Assembly (NCBI GenBank): GCA_013239625.1
Contig: MU053557.1
Location: forward strand, 2,510,123-2,574,122
Direction of reading: 5' to 3'
DNA length: 64,000 nucleotides
From: Lama guanicoe
Taxonomy: Eukaryota
Shown here: positions 26,318-37,188 of the stretch, piece after piece
Layout of the letters: each line of letters begins with the position of its first letter
Position numbering within the stretch: the first letter of the stretch is position 1
The notes under the pieces: model-generated
What the model was told of the DNA's origin: nothing
What the model saw: only the letters and a program-made list of their open reading frames with translations
Databases searched by the model: none
Made by a program: the position numbers and the translations under genes

Positions 26318-27867
26318 CCTCCTTTAGTCTGTCTTTTCATCTGCCTGCCCTTCTACCACAGCTGTTCAGTGAAGCCCTCTTCGTGGCTGGGCACCACACT
26401 AAGTAGTGGTGATGCACTGGTTGGTAAGATAAATGAAGTCCCTGGACTTACAGAGGTTACATTCTAGTCAGGGAGGCAGAGGAAGAAAAACCAACATCGA
26501 TAGCTGAGCACAATGAGATACGTAAATAAAATGAGGTGATGCAATGGGAACCGGGTACAGGTCGAGTGAACAGAGAAGTCCTCCTTGAGGACGTGGTATT
26601 TACCTAGAGACCTAAAACGTAAGAACAGCCCAGTCAAGTGTGGGCATGTGGGGGCATTCCAGGTCAGAGAAGAGCCTGTGCAAAGGCCCTGGGGCAGGAA
26701 AGGGCTGGGTGTGTTTGGAGGCACAGGAAGCTGGCCAGTGCACTGGCCAGACTACGAGGAGCTGAGGCTGGAGAGATGGGTGGGGACCAGATTCCTGGGG
26801 GAATCTAGAAAGGAATTCAGATTTCATTTCCTTCTCATTTCCTTGGCTGTCATTCATCACACCTGGCCAGTTTCTTCACTCAACTCCCAATACACTTGCA
26901 TTCAAAGGGAAAAGCACAATTCAGCCCAGCCATTGCTGCTGCCATCAGCACCCTATTGTTTCAGGCATTAGAATCTCAAACGGCAAGCACAACCCTTGTC
27001 ACTACCGCCAGAAGCGATATAAAAAAAAATTGAGAGATGAGGAAGAGAATCATCCTTTCCAACCCCTGCTGAGTATGCAGAGTGAGGGACATATGCAAAT
27101 TAATATATGCAGCTCTGATAACACGGATCTCCTCGGCATTTTGATTAAACACCGACGGTTATTAAATAACCTCCTTCTCAGCGCTCATCTCTGAAAGCCA
27201 ATGTTGCTTTTCATTTTGAACTCTGATGAACTGTCTCAATTTCGTTCGCACACCTCAGTTGCACTGTGGTCGGCAGAAGGCTGGCGTTTGAGGAGGATGG
27301 AGAAAATCAATATCAAGTGTCAGGCGCGAGGTCAGATTGAACTTGTTTTCCTAGCTGGTGGGAACTAGGGGCCTCCGCTGCCAGCAGTCAAACAAAGGGA
27401 GATGTGCCTTGAAGAAGGTCGGTACTTTGGACGAGTCAGGAAAATGAATTTTGTTCGCTTCTTAATTAGATTAGGAGGCTGGCGGCTGGTGGTTCAGAGC
27501 GGGGCTGGGGTCGGGATGGGGCGTGAGGAGGCAGGGCTGGGGCAGAGGTCTGCAGGCTGCCAGCTAGCTCCTGGCCTCCTGAGGGACTGTCCTCTGGGCT
27601 CTGCTTCTCCAGGGCTGTGTGGGACCCAGGCAGGAGGGAGGAGCAGCCCCCGGGGGCCCTGGGTGTGGGCGTGCCCAATGACTCTTCCCTCTATTTTCCC
27701 CAGGGAACTTCTTAGCTTTTAGGTAGGAGCTTTCTGGTCACTGCCTTGGGGTGGAAGGTCCTTGTCACATCTCCTCCCAGCACCATGTGCCTCTATTTCA
27801 CTCTACTTCTTACAGTCACAACGTGCATCTGTGATTCTCTGATCAATGCATCCTTCCTCCTCAGAGA

Positions 27868-28360
27868 GTGCAGCGGTTCATCTTATGTATCAACCTGACT
27901 GGGCCATGGGGTGCCCAGGGATTTGGTCAGACATCATCCTCGGTTATTTCTGGGAGGGGGGTTTTGAATAAATTTAACATTTAAATTAAGAGTCGGAGTA
28001 AAGCAGACTGTCCTCCCTAGTGTGGGTGGGCCTTATCCAATCAGTTGAAGGCATGAAGAGAACAAAAAGGCTGACCTGAATTCTCCTTCCTGACTCCTTT
28101 GAGAGGAGGCACCGATTTTTTTTCCTGCCTTCACACTTCAGTGGAAACATTGGCTCTTCTGCTGGCCTTTGGACTAAAACTATTTACAGTCCTTCTGCAG
28201 ATCTTGGGACCTGTCAGCTTCCATAATTGCATGGCACAAATACTTATAACACAGCTTTCATATATATACATATGTATGGATACACACACACACACGTGCA
28301 CAAACGTATGTACAAGATGTATCTATATAACAGGGATATATACCTCCTACTGGTTTCTCA
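27868..28360 (+). mobile_element. MLT2-like ERVL solo LTR
   Basis: tatgtatcaacctgactgggccatggggtgcccag...gagtaaagcagactgtcctccctagtgtgggtgggccttatccaatcagttgaaggc, with a TA/CA-rich patch near the 3' end. Confidence 0.75.
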
Positions 28361-28657
28361 CAGACAGCACGTCCCAAAGTGACCCCCAGCCCCTCACTCC
28401 CCTTCAGGATGGTGTCTTATCAGTTCGCATTCCACATGCCATTTATGTCAACCCTCAGGCATAAATCTATACACTGAATAAATATTTACTTAGCACCTAC
28501 TTATATGTCAGGCCTTCATAGTATGATGTGAGCAAAAGAGACTAAGTTCTTGTCCTCACAGAGTTTACAGTCTGGAGGGGAAGGATACTGAACAACACAT
28601 ATCCATGTGTGATGAATGCCAGTCTCTACTACCACTTTACATCCCCACAGTTATTTT

Positions 28658-30619
28658 AAAAGAAAATGTTCCCAATCTAAGAACATGGTATATCTTTCCA
28701 TTTGTTTATGTTGTCTTAAGTTTCTTTCATTAGTGTCTTAGTTTTCAGAGTACAGGTCTTTTGTCTCCTTGGGTAGGTTTATTCCTAGGTATTTTATTCT
28801 TAAAATGGCCATACTACCCAAAGCAATATACAGATTCAATGCAATCTTGATCAGAGTCCAATGACATTTTTCAGAGTTGGAACAAAAAATGTTAAAATTT
28901 GTATGGAAACACACAAGACCTCGAATAGCCAAAAGAATCTTGAAAAAGAAGAATGGAGCTAGAGGAATCATGCTCCCTGACTTCAGACTATACTACAAAG
29001 GTACAGTGATCAAAACAGTATGGCACTGGCACAAAAACAGACATATAGATCAATGGAACAGGAAAGAAAGTCCAGAAATAAACCCACACACTTATGGTCA
29101 ATTAATCTGTGACAAAGGAGGCAAAAATATACAACGGAGAAAAGACAGTCTCTTCAATAAGCGGTGCTGGGAAAATTGGACAGCTACCTGTAAAAGATTG
29201 AAACTAGAACATTCTCTAATGTTATATACAATCTCAAAATGGATTAAAGACCTAAATGTAAGACCAGATACTATAAAACTCCTAGAGGAAAACATAGGCA
29301 GAACACTCTTGGACATAAATCACAGCAATATATTTTTTGAACCAGCTCCTGGAGTAATGGAAATAAAAACAAAAATAAATGGGATTTAATTAAACTTAAA
29401 AGCTTTTGCACAGCTAAGGATACCATCAACAAAACAAAAAGACATTCTACAGAATGAGAAAAAATATTTGCAAATGATGTGACTGACAAGGGACTAACTT
29501 CAAAAATATACAAATGGCGCATACACCTTAATATCAAAAAAATAAGCAACCCAATCAAAAAATGGGCAGAAGACCTAAATAGACATCTCTCCAAGGAAGA
29601 CATCCAGATGGCCAACAAGCACATGAAAAGACGCTCAACATCACTAATTGTTAGAGAAATGCAAATCAAAACTACAATGAACTATCACCTCACACTAGTC
29701 AGAATGGCCATCATTAAAGTCTTCAAATGATAAATGCTAGAGAGGGTGTAGAGAAATAGGAACCCTCCTATACTGTTGGTGAACATAAACTGGTGCAGCC
29801 ACTATGGAGGGCAGTACGAAGGTTCCTTAAAAAACTAATAATAGACTTACCATATGATCCAGCAATCCCACTCCTGGGCATTTATCCAGAGAAAAATATA
29901 ATTCAAAAAGACACATGCACCCCAATGTTCATAGCAGCACTATTTACATAGCCAAGACATGGAAACAACCCACATATCCATCAACAGATGACTCAATAAA
30001 GGAGATATGGTATATATGTTCAATGGAATACTACATAGCCATAAAAAAGCATAAAATAATGCCATTTGCTGCAACATGGATGGACCTAGAGATCGTCATT
30101 CTAAGTGAAGTAAGCCAGAAAGAGAAAGAAAAATGTCATATGATATCACTTATATGTGGAATCTAAAAAAAAAAAGGACACGGGGGGAGGGTATAGCTCA
30201 AGTGGTAGAGCGCATGCTTAGCATGCACAAGGTCCTGGGTTTGATACCCAGTACCTCCTCCAAAAATAAATAAATCTAATTTACCTCCCCCTCTGCCAAA
30301 ATAAAATAATCAAATAAAAGAAAAGGACACAAATGAACTTATCTATAAAACAGAAACAGACTCACAGACATAGAGCACAAACTTACGGTTATCAGGGGGC
30401 AAAGGGAGTGGGAAGGGATAAACTGGGAATCGGAAAGTTGCACCTCTTGGGGAGTGATGGAAATGTTAGCTATCTTGATTGTGGTGGTGGTTTCATGGGT
30501 GTATAGATCTATCAAAATTCATCCAATTTTACATCTGAAATATATGTAGTTTACCATACAGGAACAATACTACAATAAAAGTGTTTAAATAAAAAAAAAA
30601 GAAAAAAGATAATGTTCCC
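28658..30619 (+). mobile_element. 5'-truncated, 5'-inverted (twin-primed) L1 with TSD; decayed ORF2 C-terminal half
   Basis: ORF2 fragments in ORFs 28877..29389, 29479..29730 and 29915..30166; inverted ORF2 segment ~28674-28800; TSD aaaagaaaatgttccc (28658-28673) and aaaagataatgttccc (30604-30619); poly-A tail. Confidence 0.93.
30182..30320 (+). mobile_element. tRNA-derived SINE (Vic-1-like), long-tail form, nested in L1
   Basis: ggggggagggtatagctcaagtggtagagcgcatgcttagcatgcacaaggtcctgggtttgataccc; exact TSD aaaaggacac at 30172-30181 and 30321-30330. Confidence 0.92.
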
Positions 30620-31821
30620 TTTTCCCTTCCCTTCCTTTAGATTTCAATAGCTACTATCCTTACCTAGGTTATGAATTTCCATCATATTGAGACTAAAGCA
30701 AAATATTCTAATTCTCCTTTGTTTCTTCCTACCACCACTGTGTTAATCTTCCCTAAAACATAAATTCTATAACTCTGTTCTCCAGACAGATGATCTCCAA
30801 TTGCTCTCCACATACTAGGACCTGTGCTTCTCAGACTGGGGAACATGCCCGTATCCTTGGAGATCAGGGAAGAGGAGGATATGGGGATGCACCAGGTGGT
30901 ACAGGATGCCACAAAGGCTGCATCTTTTGGAAACACCAATTTGGCTTGAAATTGGGGGATGGGTAGAAACATAATTATTAAACTGAAAGGAGTCATTTTA
31001 TGGGAATAAAATACCAAATCCAGGTGAAATATTAAGATGGAAAAGTAAGACTTGAAAGAAAATCTGCTGAGGTCAGCACCTCCCTCCCCTCAGGTCCTGG
31101 ACCTCTGCCAGGTATGTGTTGCTTAGCTTTTGAGAGGCTGGGCCGTCCAGAGCACATCAGAGAGGCTGGAATGCCCCCTCGTGCCCTTCCTCCACCACAG
31201 CTAGGCTCACAGCTTGGCTCTAGGAGTGCTGTACTTGGTGGAAAATTTCAAGAAAGACTGGTGACCATAGGAGCCAGACTCTGGGTATAGAGCAGGTACT
31301 GAATGAATGAATGAATGAATGACTACATGAAGGGGTCAACTTTGGCCTCGGACCTTCAGGACTGACTTGATATGACCCATCATCCCTATTTGACCTCATT
31401 TCTTCCATTTCCCCCTTTACCCACACCCAACACATCTTGCTAAGACTCTTTAAAGGTTTCATATCGATGGCTCATTAACTTTAGGCTCTTGCCCTTTCTG
31501 GTGTGCACGGTCCAAAACACCCTTCCATTCCCCACCTAGCCAAATCCTTTTGTGCTTCAACGCTATCACTCAGCCTCAGCATTCCCTGTGAGGTCTACCT
31601 CAAAAGCCCTACCTTCCTCCGAGTGTTCCAACTCCTAATCGTCTCCATCACTCATTTGGGTGTCCTGGGTATACCTTGCTGCATCTGCCAAATTTGAAAT
31701 TGCTTGAGTGTAAGAGATGCTTTACCTCTCCATGCTACCCCTCAGAGTTCTTAACAGTAATGGACAAATCACAGATACAAGAAATTCAGGCCGATGGACT
31801 GACCATGAATTTTAGTCTACA

Positions 31822-32028
31822 TCTGTGGTTCTTCTCAGCTGGGAGCAGCTTTCACCCTGGGATATTTCATAATGTCTGGAGACATTTTTGGTTGTCACGA
31901 CCGGCCTTTGCTGCTTGCATCTGCTGTGTAGAGGCAGGGATACTGCTACACATCCTACAGTGCAAAGGTCAGCCACCAAGCAAAGAATTGCATGCCCCAA
32001 ATTCACAGCGCTGCTGTTAAGAAATCCT
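31822..32028 (+). mobile_element. MER20-like DNA transposon
   Basis: aatgtctggagacatttttggttgtcacgac...gtagaggcagggatactgctacacatcctacagtgca...gttaagaaatcct. Confidence 0.78.
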
Positions 32029-32546
32029 TCTGTACGTGATAGGCTCTTCCCAACCTGTTTCCTGTCTCTTTGTTCTCCCAGACAGAACCCAACTCCCATC
32101 CTTCTGCCTTAAGTCTAATCAACTTCTCCAGAACATAATTCAAATAATATTAGTCCTCTGATTACTTTAGTGGCTGTTCACTGACTTTGAGAGAAAATTC
32201 AAGTCCATTTTCATGACCATTATAACAGGCTCCTGCATTCCTCCTGAACTTCAACTCTTCCTTCTTTGAGTCATTTCCTACATACCAGCCGTTATCAGTC
32301 ACCCTGCAGTTCCAAAAGCATTATGGCCTTTCATGCCCCAGCACCTTTGCACATGCTGATCCCTCTGCCTTGACCATTTCCCCTTGTTGGCGTATAAGTA
32401 AGCACTGCTCAGAGGCCAATACCAGCACACACATCAGCAAATATTGATTAAGCATTTATCATGGGCCAGGTACTGTTTTAGGTACTGGGGAAACAACAGT
32501 GAACAAAGCAGTAAGTCCGTGCCCTCAAGGAGCTGCCAGTCTAGAT

Positions 32547-32720
32547 CAGCACTCTTCAATAGGACCTTCTGGAGGAAAGAAATTTCTTACATCAGTCCTG
32601 TCCAACATGGTAACTATGGCTACCCACGGTGACTTAGCACTGGAAATGTGGGTCATCTGAATTGAAATCTGGACGTGAAAGACACACTTAGTGTGAAAAA
32701 ACACTAAAACATCTCTAACA
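32547..32720 (+). mobile_element. MER3/MER33-like DNA transposon fragment
   Basis: cagcactcttcaatagga...ctgtccaacatggtaact...tagcactggaaatgtgg. Confidence 0.55.
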
Positions 32721-33591
32721 ATTCTTGATAGTTATCTCACATAAGCCCCATGACACACCCATGAGGTAGACGTCAGCATCTTCCCCATCTGACATGAGAG
32801 AACTGAGGCGCAGAGAAGTGAAGGCAAGTTGGACGAAGTCACACAGCTAATAAGGGGCGAAGCCTGGCTTTGACCTGGGTCTGTGGGACTCTAGAATCCA
32901 CACAGATTACATACATACCAGCCCCTCCATGCAGTCCTTCTCACGGCAAACGAGCAAATGGCAACGGTCGCAGGGCCCAGATACTCGCTCCTCTCCTGGC
33001 CTCACGCCCACGCAGGGAGTCATCGTATCGTGTCACAGGAATTAACACTGAAACAGGGCCTGAGGGAGAGAGAGGGCTTCACCTCCGGCGCCCCACCGCC
33101 AGCTGTCGCGGCAAAATAGTGCCCAGCAGAAGGGAGTGGCCGGACAAACACAGCTCTTGGCCCTCCTGAACGTCTTGGCAGCTGCACATCATTCAGCCTG
33201 ACATGACACGACACAGATTACCCCTGCCTTCCAGGCCCCGTTACTCTGGGGAGCATTTTGTTTCCAGAAAACCTCCCTGCCAGCTCCAGGCCCATCCTGT
33301 CCGTCGCAGCCCTTGCTGCTGTTGCCAGGTGACTCTCGCTTCACCCGTTTCCATTTGTCTTAGCCTTTGGCCTCCAAGCCCTGACTCCTTTGGAGCTTCT
33401 TTGTTCCATCAGTGCCCTGAAAACTCCAGTGAGACCCCAGGGCCTGTGAGTCTGGTGGACTTTATCCCATCTGCTCCCGCTGAAGCCCTTCCCTGGTGCC
33501 CACTAGAACCACTGGGACCTTGAGGGTGCTGGTTCCCCCAAAGCCTCACCCTCTCCAAGAAGCCACGGACCCCTTCCCCCAGCTGCTCTTT

Positions 33592-33805
33592 CTAAAAATT
33601 GAGGATAGTTGACATATAACATGGTATTAGTTTCTGGTGTACAACATCATGATTTGCTGTATGTATATGTTGCAAACTAATCACAAGTTTAATGAGTACC
33701 CACCACCACGCAGTTACAATTTCCTTTTCCCTTGGTCTGAGAACTTTTAATTAAGAGGAACAGCTTTCTTTTTAACAACTTTCAAGTACACACCACAGTA
33801 TTAAC
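33592..33805 (-). mobile_element. L1 3' end fragment (older subfamily)
   Basis: aattgaggatagttgacatataaca...ttagtttctggtgtacaacatcatgattt...gagaacttttaa...aacaactttcaagtaca. Confidence 0.7.
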
Positions 33806-34341
33806 TGAACCACCACCCCCAGCTGCTCTTGAGTCCTCGTAAATTCTCAGCCTCCCACAGTCCAGCAAGTCCGGTTAACTCCACTGCCAAGGTCTGTCCC
33901 GAACCCATTCACTCCTCCCCATTTCCATGCCCTGCCCTTGACCTGCTCACCCTCACTCCCTGCCTGCATGGCACAACCATCCCCTAACTGCTCCCCCTTC
34001 CTCTCCGCAGGTTCATTCTGCCCACAGCAGCACGCGGAACCTCAAAACATAATTCAGATCATGTCACAAGGTTAAGTGACCGGGCTCATGCCTTATTCAT
34101 CTCTGAACTACACAGCCTGAAGCAAATGTTTGTGGACTTAGACATGAGGTTATATCCTTACTGAAACGCCAAATAGAGCGCTGACTCCTGAGTCAGCCCC
34201 ACATGTGTAGTGTCTTTACTGCCGGCATGTCGGGCGCAGGAACAGAGATCACCCCCAAGCCCTGGCTCTCCCCCTTCTCCTCCCACATGTTGGGGCCGAG
34301 ACCCAGCCACCCCCGGCAGCCCTGGGCTGCTGGCTACTCAC

Positions 34342-34506
34342 ATTTGGTGTGCCTGTCACACAGGGCCGACGCCCGCATGTCGCACAGCCGGATTGTCCCT
34401 TTGCTGCTGCTGTACACGAAGGTGTTGCAGTGATGGGGGTGGAACTCAGCCGCCGTGATTACCTCTGTGAGCTCCTCCATGTTGGCTGGCTTGATGTCAA
34501 CGATAT
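34342..34506 (-). CDS. PPP2R2B: PPP2R2B internal coding exon (165 nt, phase 1 to 1): (N)[54 protein letters not shown](F)
   Basis: Not in the ORF track; translated by hand from the reverse complement. Joins both neighbouring exons in frame (A|AT = Asn, T|TT = Phe). Acceptor gtgccag| and donor |gtgagt. Confidence 0.96.
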
Positions 34507-35392
34507 CTGGCACAGACGAGTCAAGGAGGGGACCAGGAGAAGGGGACCTCGGGGGTGATGTACCATTGCCACCTTATTTTAGTGCACACTTATAATAACT
34601 CTATGAATGAACAGGCAGGTATTACTGGTCCCAGGCAGAGGAGGTCCAGGGTTACCAAAGGCCGCACTAGAGCTCAGGTCTCCCTTGCCCCTCATCAGGA
34701 TTTCATCCCCCATAACCCATAGATGTCCCATTCATATCAAAGTTACCTGCTTATGTCATCATGCTAAAATGGGCCAAGTTGCAAAGACTTTCATTTCTCA
34801 TTTTCTAATAATGATTAAGAAACTAGTTCCATGCCAACTGAATAATTCAATATATTTGAATCTTCACCCAGACTCCTGGGCTGAGAAGTGATATCTGTGA
34901 CAGACTGTAAATCTTCTTCCATGAAATCCCTTAGAGCTTTTGAAATAATATGTTGATGATAATGACAATAACAGCTGCTACCATTTACTGACTACAGGTC
35001 AACACTGCGCAAAGCACATCATGTAATCCTTCTAACAGCTCTATAATCAGCACCTTCCTCGTCCTTATTTTTTCAAGGGTGGAAACAGAGACTCAGAGTA
35101 TGTACGTTGCCTCAAGTCACATGGCTAAAGAGTGGCAGTCTTAGGGTTTTATCCTAGTTGCAAGATTTGTACTCTTTAGTAATTATGCAAAATTTCTCTT
35201 ATTGAAGATATATAGGACCCTCAAGTCTCCATAAGTTGTGATTTGCTTTAGAGCTCGTGTGGGAGTTTAAGTATCAGAAAGAAGCTGTCCAGTTGTGTGG
35301 TGGGACAGTTTTCGCCTCCCATGGAATATACTGTTAGTTTTATCATTTTTTTCTCTCCTCAGTATTTTCTTTTCTGATCAAGAATAATTATA

Positions 35393-35652
35393 AATTTGTA
35401 GATACTGACAGGCATATGCAGAATACATAAACAAGTTCATACTGTATAGCACAGGGAAATACATACACTATCTTGTGGTAGCTCACAGCGAAAAAAAATG
35501 TGACAATGAATATATGTATGTTCATGTATAACTGAAAAATTGTGCTTTACACTGGAATTTGACACAACATTGTAAACTGACTATAACTCAACAAAAATGT
35601 TAAAAAATAAAAATAAAACATATTGCAGTAAAAAAATTCATACTTAAAAAAA
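35393..35652 (+). mobile_element. Short, relatively young L1 3' UTR insertion with TSD
   Basis: Highly similar to 2652-2850; A-rich tail; TSD aagaataattata (35380-35392) and aagaatgattata (35653-35665). Confidence 0.9.
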
Positions 35653-37141
35653 AAGAATGATTATAGCGCTATTTTTAAAGACCACATCCATGTGTGTTAA
35701 CATGAAACATTTGCCCTTTCACTTATGGAGGTGACTCAGTGGAAACAAATGTGTTCAGTCAGGTGTCTGCAGGCCTGAGGGACTGAGTCTGTGCTGGTCA
35801 CTTTACATCCCTACTGAGGGCTCGGGGGACCTGGGTGCAGGTTGGAAGGCAGCTGGCTAGGGCTGAGGACCCAGTGCCTTCCTGCAAAGGAACAGGCCTT
35901 GTGATGTGGATGTTGTGGACCAAAATTATGCTCACTTTTGAGCCACATTTGTGATTTTGCCCCACCCGTGTATCACCAGGTAGCATTTTTCACTTAATAT
36001 TTTTTCCTACAGATCAACTTAAACCTTTTTTTTTCAACTTAGCCTTGTCTAAGCAGTAATCCAATACTCATAAAATCATGGGTTTAATGAGCTAGTTACA
36101 TTTTAAATAATATACACGAAATCAATGCATTTAACAATTAAAAGGAACCCTGTGGCAGGAGTTTATGTATCGCATTTTGGAAAGCACTGCGCTGAATCAA
36201 CAAGTAGTAACCTGACACAGACTATGCTATTAGACCGGGATGGATAACAGTCTTTAATGCTTTCCATGAAGCTGGTTGCCTCGTCCCCTCCTAGAGTTTA
36301 GATGAGGTATGAGTAAATGCACTGATATTTTTAGTTACACTGGCACTAACAAAGTAGTCATCTATTATTAAACATCACCCATGCTCCAGCACACAATTTG
36401 ATGCAATAATGACTTTGTATTTGGTTGTTCCTCTCTCCCTTTCAATTATCTCTTATAAATCCTGTTGGGTTTTTTTCTAACATTAGCTCGAGACTGAACT
36501 ACATTACAGTTTACTACAGTTCCCCTCACCAAACCCAGATGCAAACATTACTTGGGTCTCTAGAGCACGCAGGTCCCCTAGAGTCACAAAATACTACCTT
36601 TCAAGTCAACTGCTACCAGAGTTAGAAATAATACTGCAGTCTGCACCACAGTCTGTGGAGCAGGAGCCCGTGCCCCATGGGCGGCGGCCCCAAGCTGCGG
36701 CTCTGACATCCTCCCCACCCCCCTGACCCACGCCCTGGGCTCTGCGGCCACGACACAGTGTGGGAGAAGCTGAGGTTAGTGTTTCGCTGCTGTCAGATTT
36801 CATCACCCTCCAGAAAGAGCCTTCATACCCTGCCGTGCCAGGGAGCATGTTTCTCTTCTCCCAAAATAGGGAAAGAAAATCTGGTGTCGGCTTTCTCAAC
36901 CTCCACCAGTACAGCTCTGAAAACACGCTTAACTGGAAGGGATCGGGGCTGTGTGGGAGGGGGAGGTGCCACATCTACGGCTATTTTTCTCTCACCTAAA
37001 AATAAAGCCCAAAAGTTAGACTATGTGAAAATAAAGTGCTTAAACATACAGAGGAAACCAGGAACAGCCCCCACCATCAAGAACTCCACCCAGAACTGGG
37101 TCTGCTTAGGGCTGCTGCCCCTGGGTCCGACCTCCCTGCCT

Positions 37142-37188
37142 CCCCCCCCCCCCCCCCCCCCCCGCCCCCCCGCCCCCCCCCCCCCCCC
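37142..37188. repeat. Poly-C tract (C22-G-C7-G-C16)
   Basis: Read directly from the sequence. Confidence 0.95.

Larger units (their letters stand above)
6120..34341 (-). other. PPP2R2B: U2-type intron of PPP2R2B, ~28.2 kb
   Basis: GTGAGT donor, polypyrimidine tract plus CAG acceptor, and flanking exons that join in frame. Confidence 0.9.

Noticed and set aside
28877..29389. 170-aa ORF as a functional protein
   Set aside because: It is a fragment of a 5'-truncated, frameshifted L1 ORF2.
34403..34412. CAG/CTG run as the SCA12-type repeat
   Set aside because: It is only the Ser-Ser-Ser codons of the exon; the SCA12 repeat lies in the 5' region of the gene, outside this window.
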